From assembly GCF_963921235.1 (NCBI RefSeq), contig NC_086108.1, forward strand, positions 52,826,001-52,890,000: a DNA stretch of 64,000 nt, written 5' to 3'. This DNA is from Mobula hypostoma. Its lineage: Eukaryota. Within the stretch, counting starts at the first letter, position 1; every line of letters begins with the position of its first letter. This document shows, piece by piece, positions 24,321 through 38,479 of this stretch. The notes below the pieces were generated by a model. That model did not search any database. It worked only from the letters and a program-made list of their open reading frames with translations, and was not told the DNA's origin. The translations under genes were made by a program, and so were the position numbers.

Positions 24321-26877
24321 GTGCGCCGCAATTCACTATGATCATGATTGTCCTTCTAAATTCTGTATCCTGTGCTGTTTTCTCCCCATATCCTTTGATA
24401 TTTTAGCCATTAGAATTATATTCAACTCCTCCTTGAATATACTTTATGATTTAGCTTCATTTACCTTCTGTGATAGAGAATTTCATAGGTTAACGATTCC
24501 TTGGTTGAAGAAAATCCTCTTCATCATAGCCCCAGGTGATATACCCTGTAGCTTTTGGCTATAATACCTGGTTCTGGAGTAGAAGTTACTCCTTAAAATT
24601 CCATGCCATTCCTGAAAAAAATGCTTGGTATGGATAAAACATCAGTTTTGTTGCGACAAGCTCCATGTTGCTTTTTAATACAGTTTAAATCATTTATGTT
24701 CCAAAAAAGAGCTCTGATAAATACAGTCAGAAATAGGAACAAAAAAATTAAATTTGAAATCAAAATACATTACAGAGTTCAGAAAAAGCATTATTATGCT
24801 GGGCACATGTACATTATATTAACAGTGTGAAGAAATTCTACACTTAATGATATTTTAGTAATTCTTTGTATAATAGCTCTGTTTTCTGAGGATGAAAACT
24901 ATACTGCTCGATTAAATTGCTTGTAATACCATCTATTTTTACAACTGTGAATTAGCTAAGTGAAATGCAGTTTTGTACTCTCAGAATCAACTGAAAAGAG
25001 AAGAGACAAACCATTCTGAATTTCTGAAGTGGAATTATGTTTGCAGCATAAAAATATTATCAAAATAGATATATTTGCAGCTATTGAGATATATCAATTA
25101 AACCTCTGTTAAATCCAATAAAATGAAGTTAGAAACAGAGTAAAGCTTAATATGTTCTCAATTTCAAACAGATATGGGCAACTCCTACAGTTCATTGTGA
25201 ACTGTACAGATCAAAGCTATAGCTAAGTGGCTAAAGTTGCCCAGAAATACGTCAAAATACAAAAATGATTCTGTTCAGCCGCTTAGCTCTAGAGTTGAGC
25301 TACATCACCATGAACTGGACTAAGTTTGCTCATACTGATAGACTTTAACCACATCATTTCCCAGAAGCATTGCAGTTACAAGATATTATTAGTCTCAGGT
25401 CAACTGAGATCTAGGTTCTTGAAGTGAAAGGCCACAAATAACTCACTTTAGCAAACACTTACTTTATTTTTTTAAAAACTTCTCTGGTCAATGTTTTTCA
25501 GAGTATATCTTACTTAATGCTCACATGCTGCATTATATATACCAAATATATTCTCTTCCACCTCCATACATCCCATTTTGAAATTAAATATATTTGGACT
25601 TTTATACACTAGGGATTTCAAAATTTTGCAACTCCTTACTCTGTACTCTGCCCCTTTACTCTACTCTTCTTCCTAACCTACAATTCTATTTCAAAAAATG
25701 CATTGGCATTACTTTACTAAGTTTAGCAATTTTTCAAAGTTTCACAGTCTGGGGTGCATGTGTCCAATTCAGATTGGAGGAACCCCAAAGATTTCAAAAG
25801 ACTATAATAATATTGAGCTAATTTAATTAGGGAGTTCTTAAAAAAAATTAATAATAAATAAAAGTATATTTGGCACGATGGCTGTCCGCACATCAACTAC
25901 CCATAGAAATTCTCAGGACTGACCAGCTCATTAAAAGCCGTAACTGTAATGACTTCATCATGTGTTTATGGAGAGTCATGTATTTAACCAAATGTGAACC
26001 AGAAGAGCTGTTATTTGTAATGGTTGGAATTAATTGATTTATATAATCAAATGATACATTTTCAACTGCAGCAATATCTTGCAGTGTGGATTTTGGTTTG
26101 GCATCATGTTTCCTCATACTTTTTAAGGTATTTAAATGTCACTGGTGATGACAACCTCTAAGTATAAAACCCTTGAAGTGTTAGAACAGGATAATTTGCT
26201 GTATTTATTTTAATGAAGAAAATATTAATCTAAATTAATCTGAAAAGTAAGAATAGTTCAACTCCAAATGTTAACATCAAAAGTGGAACCAAAGGTTATT
26301 AAAAAGCCTAATAACTCCTGAACATTCTCAAAAGGATGTTTCTAATTATCTCCAGTATTTGTCTTTTGTTAACAAGAATAGTTAGTTAAAGATTAATGTT
26401 ACCAAGTCATTTGTGTGGAAAACCTCTTGTAGGGATTTCATGTTTTTCTCTATACACCAATAGTACCAGTCTTATTAATTGGACAATTTCACACACAAAG
26501 ATTTCCATAAATAAGTGCTGCCAGATACTCTCTATCCAGCAGGTGATACTCAGAATGTTTTTATGAGAAGAATCTGTAATTAAAGTATATTAAATATTTT
26601 TCTTGTTTAAAAATAACATCTTAACATCACTTAACTAAATTTATTTCCCTTTTAATTGTGTCAACATTATAGTTCAATTTATTCTTAAATTTAGGAGGGG
26701 AGGAGTATAAGGACCTTTTAACTAGACAAGTATTGTTTTCCCTCAAACGGTTACACTGTTGGCATAGACTGAGTATTTTGCAAATTCTTAAGTACTAATT
26801 TACATCAGCATTTTAGGGATATATGAATGGCTCCTGTATTATTAAAGGTGCTATTGTTGAGGTATATGATTATATTA

Positions 26878-27070
26878 TGAAATAAAAACAGAAAATGCTG
26901 GAAACACTCAGCAAAGGAAGACAGAGGTAGCATTTCAGGTCAAAGCCGCTCTGACAGAGTGGGTAAAGAGGAAAAGCCAAGTTAGTTTAAGGTGTAGAGA
27001 AGGTTGTGGAGGGATAGATTAGACAGGAGAATATCAATGATAGGGTGATATTAGGGTTGCTATGGAGATA
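26878..27070 (-). mobile_element. Old PLE 3' end remnant
   Basis: TGAAATAAAAACAGAAAATGCTGGAAACACTCAGC is the same terminus as at 9353, followed by a purine-rich PLE 3' UTR-like stretch. Confidence 0.55.
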
Positions 27071-27314
27071 GGAACCTGACTACCTGTTCAGAAAGACAAA
27101 ATAGACAAAAGGAAAGCAAAAAGAGATCTATTTGTCTCTGTCATTACTTCATTCCCTAAACAATAGGAAGAAATAGAGAGATGTTTTGTATCATTAACTT
27201 TTGGTAAGATATTGCAATGAGCAAATTACTTGTCACATACAGTATACCATTTGCCTATGTAAGCAATAGGGACTGACTTTTCAAAAGTATTCATCAAAGT
27301 CTTTATAAATCATT

Positions 27315-30300
27315 AAAAATATTATTGGCAGGAGGGTGGGAACCAGAGTGATGGGGCTGAGGGTGGGGCAATTAGATGCAGTGTAGAGTGAGATTGTGAG
27401 GAAGGTCAGGCAAATGACAAGGCAAAATTGCTGTCAATGGGATGAGATAAAGTGTAACGGGGACCAAACTCAAAAAGGGTGATGAATACAGGACTGGAAG
27501 TGTTATATTTGAATGCACACAGTAGACAGAATGAGGTAGATGATCTTGTAGTGCAGTTAGAGATTGGCAGGTATGATGTTGTAGGCATCACTGAGTTATG
27601 GCTGAAAGATCATAGTTGGGAGCTTAACATGCCAGGATACACACTGTATCGAAAGGACATGCAGGTAAGCAGAGGGAGTGGGATAGCTCTGTTGGTAAAA
27701 AAAAATGAAATCAAAACCCTAGAAAGAGGTGACATAGGATCAGAAGATAGAGTCCTCGTGGGTAGAGTTAAGAAACTGGATGAAAAGACCCTGATGGGAA
27801 TTATATACAGACCTCTGAATGGTAGCCATAACGTGGGGTACAAATTACAATGGATGATAAAAAAAGCATGTAAAATCATGGGGATTTCAATATGCAGGTA
27901 GGTTGGGAAAATCAGGTTGGTGCTGATTCACAAGAGAAGGAATTTGTAGAAATCATATGAGATGTCTTTTTGGAACAGTTTGTGTTTGAGCCCAGTCAGG
28001 GAAGAGCAATTCCAGATTGGGTGTTACATAATAACCCAGATTTGATTAGGAAGCTTAGGAGGTTGTGATCGTAATATGATAGAGTTCACCCTGAAGTTTG
28101 AGGAGAAGCTGAAATCAGATGTATCAGCGTTACAGTGGAGTAAAGGGAATTAGATTATGAGAACACTCAGTCCTCTTTTATTGTCATTTAGAAATGATAC
28201 ATGCATTAAGAAATGATACAATGTTTCTCCGGAGTGATATCACAGAAAACAGGACAAACCAAAGACTAACACTGACAGAACCACATAATTATAACATATA
28301 GTTACAACAGTGCAAAGCAATACCATAATTTGATGAAGAACAAACCATGGGCATGGTAAAAAAAAAGTCTCAAAGTACCCGAGTTGATCAACTCCCAAGT
28401 CCCCGATAGCAGGTGGCAAAAGGGAGAAACTCCCTGCCATAAACCTCCAGGCACCGTCAACTTGCTGATACCTTGGAAGCAGCTGACCACAGCCGACACT
28501 GAGTCCATCCGTCTGAAAACTTCGGGCTTCCGACCAGCCTCTCTGATACAGCCTCCCGAGCGCCATTATCTGCCGAGCGCCTTCGACCTCGCCCTGGTCG
28601 CTGAAACACGCAAAGCCGAGGATTTCGGGGCCTTCAGCTCTAGAGATTCCGGTTACCACACAGTAGCAGCGGCAGCGAAGAGGGCATTTCAGAAGTTTTC
28701 CAGATGTTCCTCTGTACTCTCATGTCCGTCTCCATCAAATCAGAATTGTGCACGGTCCCCTACTTGACAGATAACATCACCGAAGTGGCTGCGCGCGCTG
28801 CCGTTGCACCACCATCTTCTCCCCCCTCCTGGGAGGCATGAGAGAGGAACAGGCCAAAGTTGAATGAAAGAGGACACTAGCAGGGATAATGGCAGAACAG
28901 TAAGGTTGCTGTTTCTGGAGAAAATTTGGAAGGTGCACAAAAGATACATCCCAAAGATGAAGAGGCTGACAGGGAACGTCAAAGACCGCATCAAGGGAGG
29001 GTACATAATAGAGCAAAAATTAGCAGGAAGATAGAGGATTGAAAAGCTTTTAAAACTAACAGAAGGCAACTAAAAAAGCTATAAAGAGAGGAAAGATGAA
29101 ATATGAAGGTAAGCTTCTCATTAATATAAATGAGGATACAAAAGTGTCTTTGGATATATAAAAAATAAAAGAGAGACAAGAGTGGATATCAGACTGCTGG
29201 AGAAGTAGTAATGGAGGACAAACTGAATAAGTATTTTGTGTCCATCTCCACTGTGGAATACACTAACAGAATGCCAGAAATGTGAGTGTGGATGCTATTA
29301 CTAAGGAGAAGGTACTTAGGAAAGTGAAAAGTCTGAAGGTAGATAAGTCAGCTGGACCAGACAGATTACATTCCATGATTCTGAAAGAGGTATTGTAGCT
29401 GACGAGATTGAAGAGGTATTAGTAAAGATATTTCAAAGAAAGGAAGGAGGCAGAAGAACGGATATTATAGGCCAGTTAGCTAGCCTGACTTCAGTATTTG
29501 GAAAGATATTAGAGTCTATTATTAAGGGTGAGGTTTTGGGGTACTTGGAGCCACATGACAAAATAGGTCAAAGTCAACATTGTTTCCTTAAGGGGAAATC
29601 TTGCCTGACTAATCTGTTGGAACTCTTTGAGGAAATAAGAGGCAGGATAGATGAAGGAGAGTCAGGGGATGTTGTTTACTTGGATTTTCAGAAGGCCTTT
29701 GACAAGGTTCCTCACATGATGCTGCTTAACAAGATTAGAGCCCATGGCATTCCATGGCATTTTCTGGTTGGCTGCTGGTGACTGGTGTTGTGCTGCAGAG
29801 GTCAGTGTTCAGACTGTTACTTTTCATGTTATATGTCAGTGATTTGGATAAAGGAATTGATGACTTTGTGGCCAAGTTTGCAGATGATACGAAAATAGGT
29901 GGTGGGGCAGGTAGTGTTGAGGAAGCAAGGTGTCTGCAGAAAGACTTATCTGGAGAGACTGGGCAAAGAAGTGGCAGATGGAATATAGCGTAGGGAAGTG
30001 CATAGTCATGCACTTTGGTAGAAGGAGTAGAGGCAGGGACTATTTCCTAAATTGGGAGAAAATTGAAAAATTAGAAGTGCAAAGGTACTTGGGAGTTCTC
30101 GTGCAGGATTCCCTAAAGGCTAACTTGCAGGTTGAGTCAGTTGTAAGGAAAGAAAATGCAATGTTAGCTTTCATTTCTAGGATACAAAGTCAAGGATGTA
30201 ATGCTGAGGCTTTACAAGGCATTTGTCAAACTTGCACTTGGAATATTGTCAGCAGTTTTGGGCCTTTTATCAAAGAAAAGATGTTCTGGCATTGGAGAGG

Positions 30301-30778
30301 GTCCAGAGGAGATTTACGAGTATGATCCCAGGAATGAAAGGGGCGTTTGATGGCTCTGGATCTGTACTTGTTGGAATTTAGAAGAATGACAGGGGATCTC
30401 ATTGAAACCTATTGAATATTGAAAGGCCTAGCTATAATGGATGTGGAATGGATGTTTCCTATAGTGGGGGAGTCTAGGACCAGAGGGCACAGCCTCAAAA
30501 TAGAGGGACATGAATTTAGAACAGAGATGAGGAAAAATGTCTTTAACCAGAGGGTGGTGAATCCATGGAATTCAATGCCACAGACAGCGGTGCAGGCCAA
30601 GTCATTGGCTATATTTAAAGTGGAGGTTGATAGGTTCTTGATTAATCAGGGTTATGGGGAGAAGGCAGGATAATAAGATTGAGAGGAATAATAAATCAGC
30701 CCTGATGGAATGTCGGAGCAGACTTGATGAGCCAAATGTCCTAATTCGGCTCCTATGTCTTATCGTCTTATGTTATGA
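27315..30778 (+). mobile_element. CR1 LINE (ORF1 end, APE, RT, 3' UTR), decayed, interrupted at 28149-28830
   Basis: VLYLNAHS...YDVVGITELWL (APE), KSCLTNLLE, VYLDFQKAFDKVPH, KFADDTK, and a TCTTATG-type tail. Confidence 0.92.
28149..28830 (-). mobile_element. ~690-bp non-autonomous retroelement (copy 2)
   Basis: Reverse complement of 12326-13011 with the same 5' start and (TAATC)n tail. Inserted in CR1 ORF2. Confidence 0.85.
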
Positions 30779-31329
30779 TATGCTTTCACATAAATGCAAA
30801 TTTGTTTTTAATATCGCTGTTACCGCCAAATGGATATACTTGGAAAGTGGATGCAAATTAGAAAAACACATACATATAAAATAATTAATTTATGTTTCTA
30901 CCACATGTCAAAATTAATGATTTTAATACTCCATTTGATAAGTACAACCTCTTTCCAATTGTTTTGAAAAATAAGCTTTGAGTTGCATAAATAAATTATA
31001 TTATTACCTTACCACCATAGGTTCTATTGTGCAAGATTTTTGTTATGCTACAGAATTTTCTAGATTTTATTTCATGTGTAGAATACATACATTTTTATCC
31101 ATTAAAAAAAAATTTAGTACTAAGCCAGTATTGTAATTACAGAACTGGATGTAAATTTAGAAACATCATTCCTTATGAGTATGAGATAGAAAATATTAAA
31201 GTTCTTCACTCTAAAATAAACACACAATTAAGATTACATAATATTATAACTTTAAATTTCCACTTTAATAAAAGTAGGTACTGAATATTAATAATGTTGA
31301 AAATTACTCTCATTGCTCTTGAAACTATC

Positions 31330-31475
31330 CTACAACAATCCAGTAGCTTTTGTACTCAATACCCAGAGTTGTCTGAGTGGATTTTTCCAAATTACAGATT
31401 ATTAACTGAAAATTTTGATAGCTGCCATGGTGGAGTTTGAATTCAGTCTGTGGATTGTCAGTCTGGGCTTCTACA
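31330..31475 (-). mobile_element. Old tRNA-derived SINE head remnant
   Basis: CTGCCATGGTGGAGTTTGAATTC is the reverse of a B-box-like GAATTCAAACTCCACCATGGCAG. Confidence 0.45.
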
Positions 31476-31521
31476 TCAGCAGCTCCATTCAAAATGGTTC
31501 CACGTGCATGGTATTGTACAG

Positions 31522-31683
31522 CAGTGGTCCTCAACCTGCGGGCTGCGGACCCATACCGATCCGCGAAGCATGCAGGGCTGCAGCAGTAGCCGGAACGCAC
31601 CTAGCACACTTTAAAGAAAAAAGCCGAACTAAACAAGCTAATTAATTAGGTGCCGCCCGGCACGTAAATGTCGGCCCAGATCC
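31522..31683 (+). mobile_element. hAT (Charlie-like) terminal fragment
   Basis: CAGTGGTCCTCAACCTGCGGGCTGCGGACC terminus. CpG-rich island in AT-rich DNA; no second TIR seen. Confidence 0.6.
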
Positions 31684-33209
31684 CATGATTTGGAGAGGAA
31701 AGAAGAGCTGAACAATCACACTCATTAGCTTTTCCTTTTGACCCATTATGTTTCTAAAACAATAAGGAAGACATAAACTGACTAACTGTTAAGAGAACTA
31801 CAGGAATTGAGGTTTTACTGATAAGAACATTACATATTTATTAAGGTATAAGTGCATTTTGGTTGAATATAGACTGACAATTTAAAGTCTGCCTGCTTTT
31901 GTACCTTTGTTGCTATCTTCGAAAAATGCCAGAAAGTAAAATATACCTATATTAAAAACACAAAAACACACATTTGCAATACTTTAAACTTTGGCAAAAA
32001 AATCACTGAAACTTATGCCAGAAAAATCTTGATTTTACATCAGTTTACATAATACTCTATAACAGTACCGGCCAAAACAATGAAATATTATAGATTTATC
32101 TAGCTACAATTACATTTTTACCTAGCACAGTTTCAATTTATAAATGCAATTCTTTGACTGCAATGGAAAAGCTTTTTCTTTTGGAGTGATAACGACACCT
32201 TTTGTTATGCAGCTCTGGAAATTCTGAGGGTGAGCTACACCTTCACACATGAGGGTATTTTCATCATTGGCTTGATGTGTATTCGAATTTCTACATCTTT
32301 ATACTACACAGTACACTTTGAGGGTAATTTTCAGTTTTCTCAGTTGGATAGGGTTAGTCGTAAGAAGCTGCCAGTTTGATGTGGAATGGGGCCAACTCCC
32401 TTTGCTGCTGAGTATTCCAACCTGTCCGGTTAATACTCCAGCACTGATTTTGAAAACTACTCCCATTGTATTTGAAACTTGCACTTGTTAAATAGACGAG
32501 TCCCTCCTTTCTGTGCAAACTGATGATTTCAACAGGTATGGAAGTCTAAATTGTCATTAATTGGTTATCTCTGTCATAATGCATAGGTTAGCTGTTGTGG
32601 AACATTAAAATGTAAAGCAGTTGCAAATGTGAGTATTATTTTGAGTTTAGGATGAGATCATTTAAGAGGTTAAAGTTTTGCTCTGTTTCTAATCTGAATG
32701 ATTGGAAACAGAGGCTCTTGCTAATACATTGAAAAGCATGGTATTAATACAAACTCAGGCAGGTTAGCATTAGTACATACAGGATACAACGCTCAGATGA
32801 ATTTTCAATAATGCAGACATCAACATATGTACTATTCATTTATACTAATATGCATCTAATACTTAGTAATAATGAAAAAAAGATATATTCCAAAGATGGA
32901 TCAGGTATTTATATTCAATATAAGACTGCATAGCTCATAAAGCTGGCAAATAAAACATTACTGCCATGTAACATTTTCTTTAAAATAAATTATTTTCTTT
33001 TGCAATTAAATAAACAATATTAAGGTATAGCATTTCAAAAGAAATTATAAATAGATGACTCAGTCAAAGGGGTGACAAGTTTTGGTTGACTGGTCATCCA
33101 TGTAATCCTCACATAATCACAAGTGATAACAACATAAAACGTGTCATAAGTTCTCACGTAAGAAAAGCCTGGTAGCATTGTTTTGGAACTATACTATTAA
33201 AACTCCTTA

Positions 33210-33480
33210 TTGACACAGTAGGTAGAACTGTATGCTATCAATCTATGTGGCCCAGAAGGAATGAGTTCCAACTGTGCTCTGTTGGTTCATAACTTCTGCA
33301 GCAGCTGTTGGAACACTACAACTGGTGTGATTGCCCCTGACTAGACAGGAGTAAAAAATATCCAAAGAGGTTCTTGCTCCTAAATACTATTCTGCTGGAA
33401 AATGAATGTCATTTGATAGCAGGATAAGACACAGCTTGAACTTCTTTATAGTTGGGTAGCCTTCAGACTCTTGTCATGGA
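33210..33480 (+). mobile_element. LF-SINE-like ancient SINE
   Basis: ACTACAACTGG...GCCCCTGACTAG...GGTTCTTGCTCCT...CTGCTGGAAA, homologous to 20450-20640. Confidence 0.5.
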
Positions 33481-33803
33481 AAGTGACGTACACGACACAG
33501 AGAAGTTACATTTGGTAAATGCCAATTCAGTCATGTACATTAGAAGGTGAATGGTGTGTCGTTGAGTGTGGAAACAAGGTTATCTCTGATGCGGCCCAGA
33601 GTTGGAATTATTACATGGACGAGGTTCAAGAAGATGGCCAAAATTTTGGAATTGTGCTCTAATATAAATCAGCGCCTAGAAGTGCACAGAAAACTGGGGA
33701 ACTGCACTTAATGTTTCAAGAAGTATTAACTTTAGATGAACTATAAGGTGTAGAGTAACCAGCATTCACTTTGCTGCACAACCTTAAAGAAAATGAGAGT
33801 CAT

Positions 33804-34056
33804 GGATGACACAGTTCCGTAGTGGTTAGCGTAACATTCGGGCAGAGCCAGTGACCCGGGTTCAATTCCGCCGCTCCATGTAAGGAGTTTGTACATTCTC
33901 CGTGACCATGTGGGATTCCTCCAGGTGCTCTGGTTTTCTCCCGCATTCCAAAGACATAAGGGTTAGTAGGTTAATTGGTTACACGGGGGTAATCGGGCGG
34001 TGCGGCTTGTTGGGTTGGGAAGTCCTGTTACCGGGCTGTATCTCTAAATAAAAATA
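33804..34056 (+). mobile_element. V-SINE (tRNA-derived, HE1-like), full length
   Basis: A-box-like TAGTGGTTAG and B box GGTTCAATTCC (33859-33869). V domain GGAGTTTGTACATTCTCC...CCTCCAGGTGCTCTGGTTTTCTCCC...TCCAAAGAC. TAAA tail. Confidence 0.88.
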
Positions 34057-34199
34057 AGAAGCAATCCGTACTTGACAGGAAATATTGTTTCCTCTGGTTC
34101 AGAAAGAGCAGGGTACTAAGACTTGTTCCAACAGTGTCTAGAATCTACCATATCGTCATTGATCCCTCTCTGCGATGGATACATTCTAAGCCACTTCGC

Positions 34200-34420
34200 T
34201 TACAATGAGCCACTTTGGAATATAGCGCTGATGGTGTCGAGGCAAACGGGCAGCCATTCTGCTGACAGCATAATCCCATAATGAGATAAATGGCCAGTTA
34301 ATCAGTTTTTGATCATGTCAGTTGAGGGAAGAATATTGACAAGAATATTGAGAGATTAGCTGACCTCCATTCGATAGAACTGTGGAAGACTGGCAGCCAG
34401 GCCTAGATTTAACATTTCAC
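34200..34420 (-). mobile_element. Deu-domain SINE remnant
   Basis: GGCAGCCATTCTG...GTTGAGGGAAGAATATTG...TTTAACATTTCA, homologous to 19445-19810. Confidence 0.5.
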
Positions 34421-36619
34421 CTTAAAGTGTATTTTTTCGATTTAGAAGTTAATATAAACACAATTTTTTTAATACATTAAAGTTTGCAATAAAAGTATTT
34501 CAGCAAACTGTTTTTCAGTTTTGTCTTAATTTAACTGGTTCTGTAAAACACTATGTCTTTTAAATAAAAGTACATTATGACACTTTGTAGAGAAAGCTGG
34601 AAAAATTCATAGCTACTCTGAGTAATAAAGACCTACCTTAAAGCACACGTAGCATAATAAAAACTATGGGGTCACCGTAAAGTTTGGGTTTATTGACAAG
34701 AACAAATAACTTTAATATTTGGCAGAAGCACTGAACCCTGAGTAGCAATTGTATTTGACACATCAGCAGCCAACTAGCCGTGACTGTTCCTCTACTTGCT
34801 CTCATCTCCTCTACGATGATTCACGTTCAAAGCATGACAGGTGTCCATTTATAGAGTCATTCATTTGGAAATTGTAGCATGTTCTGGGGTTTGGAGCCCT
34901 GGATAATTGTCAGTGCACAGATGTCGCAGCCCCCCGTACCTCCCCCCTCCCCCAATCACCTAGCTTTACCCCTCATTTGTATCTATTGTGCAAACAGCAA
35001 TATGCCAGTTTTCACAAGCTGATAACAGCTAATGTAGACATGAAAATTATTTTTCACAATAGGCTTTGAATCAGATGCCCAATAATTAAATAATTACAAA
35101 ACAAAAATTAGGTGTTAAAATGGAAGAGCGACATCATGTGGCTCTTGTGAATTTACCTGGACACAGCTGCTTTTGCCAATAGCTTGTATTTGTTGAGCAA
35201 CTACGTACATCACTGTAATCTTTTATTTTTATATGCCAGCCACTGACTGCTGTAACAGAGTGGGTTGATGGTCTGGACTCATAACTGTTGGTAAAATGTT
35301 ATGCTAATTTCTCCACGTGGTCACGGAGCTAGATACCCAAGGGACTGCTTGACAGAAGAGCCGTGATGATTATCATAATTAACACCAGCTTTGAAACAGG
35401 CGCAGATCCAAGAGCTTCCTGCAACTCTTCCTGGTCTACTAAATGTTTCCCTATTATTCTAAAACAATAGCTGGTGTTAATATAGAAAAACCTGGGGCCA
35501 GATGTACAATGCTATTCTCAGGGATTGCAACAACTCTCTGGTGACAATAAAAAAAAGAAACTTTAGTTTAAACAAAAAAAAGTTCCACCATATTTGCTCA
35601 GACTAACTATGATGAAAGGCAATGAAGGCAAAAAGGCTTCTCGTGTAAGTATCAATATAAATATTACTGCAAGGTCAATTAATATGTAAATTAACTCCTA
35701 CATTTAATTAGCTATTTAACTATTTTCTGAAGCATGGACATATTAAATCATGCTTAAAGACCCCTCTAACTAGCCTCCTGACAATAGTGCTGGGGAGTCG
35801 CAGGCTCATAAAACACCGACTTGACCTATAAAGGGCTTTGAGTCTGCTAATTCCATCTCAGCCTAATTTTATTACTTGCATAAAATAACCATAGTGTAGC
35901 TTTGTGGCTGTAAAACTGATAAGGATAATAAAACATACCCAGGAAAGCATCTGAAATTTCCTCTTTTTCCAGTGTCCTCATTTATTATTCTATTATTCTT
36001 TGCTAGATACCAAACCCATGCAAAAGATAAATGACCTTATTATATTAAATAATTTGTGAGGATATTAACCGTTAATCACACACAAACAGCATTTAAAGGG
36101 TATTGATTTTCCGCACTCTCAACAGCTTGTAAAATTTATGTCCAATAACAAGATTATAGATAATCCGGTGAATTATACGAGTCAGAAAGGGACAAAGAGA
36201 GATGAGGTCAAGAAGCAGGGGTCAAACCTGCACAAGAACAGTAGGTACATCTTAGCCTTCGGGTAAACAATTTGCACTGACCTCATTCAGCAATTTAGAA
36301 TAACAACCTGAAATAAAATAAAGATAAAACTGAAAATTTAAAACTGAAATAGCCAGAATGCATAGCTGATCACTCAGTAGCTGAATGAGAAAAATTGGCA
36401 AGCGTTTAGGGCATAACCTTAATCAGAATAGATGTATGATTTTTGTTTTGTTTAACCTTTTTTGTATATTTCTCCCCTTCTATTGTAACTTACACCAGGA
36501 TGTCCTTCTCCAAATGCATACTTGGTACATTCTAAAGTACCCATTCTTGTTGCCCGTCTTGACAATGTGCACTGGCAGGCCATTTAACTCTGGGAATGAT
36601 TATTAGGTAAATTGATCCT

Positions 36620-36830
36620 TACCTGATGAACATGTACACAGACTTTCCAGCAGGTGTCACTGGATAACAATTAGAAGTGGAAACTGGGTAATTTTCCTCC
36701 TCCCAGCTCATAGCTGCTGCACACTAAGGCAAAACCACTAACCCTAATTCTACTTTGCTGAGACTGACTAATCAAGCACTTTATGCAAGAACAAACCCAG
36801 TACACCCAGAACACGTATATCTCAGTACTA
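36620..36830 (-). mobile_element. LF-SINE-like ancient SINE
   Basis: TTCCAGCAGGTGTCACTGGATA...TTTTCCTCCTCCCAGC...GCTGAGACTGACTAATCAAGCAC, the reverse of the 20450 and 33210 copies. Confidence 0.5.
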
Positions 36831-38479
36831 GGTTAGGCAATGCACACTTATCTACTGAAAGCTGCAAGAAGCTGGAGCTTTTTCTTTTATAATGCACACC
36901 AATATGTACTTTATTCTTTTCAAACAAATTTTGAAATATTAAAATTACAATGATTGCTTTCATAATGTTTAGCGCTAGCCCCACATCCAATTTTATTGAA
37001 TACTGACCACCATTCTTTGACTCTGCAGTAGTGGTGCTCCTGTCTATTACAATCTTGCAATCGGGAAGGCAAACCACAGCTCTCAGCATTCAATGTCTAT
37101 GTCACTAACAGCATTGCTTTTTGCCCAGAATCAATTCCTTTCTGTTTACAGACCATTTCACAGCCCTTTACCTACATCGCACTTGTGTCATTCATGTAAA
37201 CACTTTCAGATATAACGCTTGAATTAGCATATGTATGGCTCTTGAAAAAAATGCAAGGATAAAGAAAATCAAATGTCAACATAATTCTTTCAGTTCAGAA
37301 ATTAGAGTCCATTATATTGCTTCACTGGAAATATCATCAAGGTAAAACCTTGTCCAACAACACCTCCAACCTTCTTATACTGAGTCTATTAAATGAAGCA
37401 TAGAAGATGATATGTTAGTAAACAAATTTGCTTTCCAGCCTTTTTGACTTTCGGAATATATCAGCTCACTCACTTCCTGAATGTGGTAAGTAATATGTTC
37501 TTAGATCTTAAAGGTTTTTGGATTTTCTATCTGTCCTCTCCTCAATTTGTGACTGAGGTATATTTCCACAATGTTTGTCAGAGCTCTGCAACCTCAGCCA
37601 AATAGGCATGTTCAAATCTGAACAATGAATGTGGGTGGCCTTTTTGACTATGACAGGCTGAATTTTATGTTTTCGTATCAAGAAACACAAATTCCAGCGG
37701 GATTACTGGATAGTGGCCAGAAAAGGGGGTCCTGCCTAAATATTCTCTCCTCTGAACTGCAGGAGTGCTTAGGCCAATTATAAAAATAGAAATTGCTTTA
37801 TAGTATCCTAATATTAAAGATCTTAGTTTATGCCAACTAAATCAATATAATCCAGGAACTGAATATGAGTGCTATTTGATGTAGGCACGTTCTACATTGA
37901 CCACTGACCAGGCAATCAGAGGAGTACTTTTATTTTTCAGAAAATGTTCTTCTTGGTGTGATCTCCTGTTCTAGATCATATATTTAATGCTGGTCGGGAT
38001 GAAGAGTAGGCATTTGAGGATGTGGTTGAGGCTTCATTCAGCCAAAGCTGCTTAACTGTATAATAAGAAAAACTGCTGCTGCTCTATCCCCTACTTGTCA
38101 TCTGATCCAATGCCCTGGTGTTTTCCTCTCTAACATGCTGATCTCAAACTCAGCTTAATCTCTTTCCCAAGCAACGCCTCAAACAATACAGGGATTGGCT
38201 CTCTTTGCTGCTTAATTGTTCCTCTTGCACATAATGTCTTATGGTATCTCACCTAAATAGTTACTTAAATAGAAGTCAGGAGAGTAAGGTCTGGCAGGCT
38301 TTTCAGTTTAGGAGGGTATCATGAGAGTGCCAATTTTTTCCTGACTGCTAGGGTGAAGAATAATGAAAGTAACTGCAGCAGTCAAGTTGGTGCCTTACAA
38401 ATTACCAGTACAAATCAGACTGAATTTTGGAACTTTATGGTGAACTAGTGACTTCTCAGATAATGCAACTGTCCTTGCA

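Noticed and set aside
33804..33880. tRNA-like A/B boxes as a tRNA gene
   Set aside because: No full cloverleaf, and it continues directly into a V-SINE body and tail.
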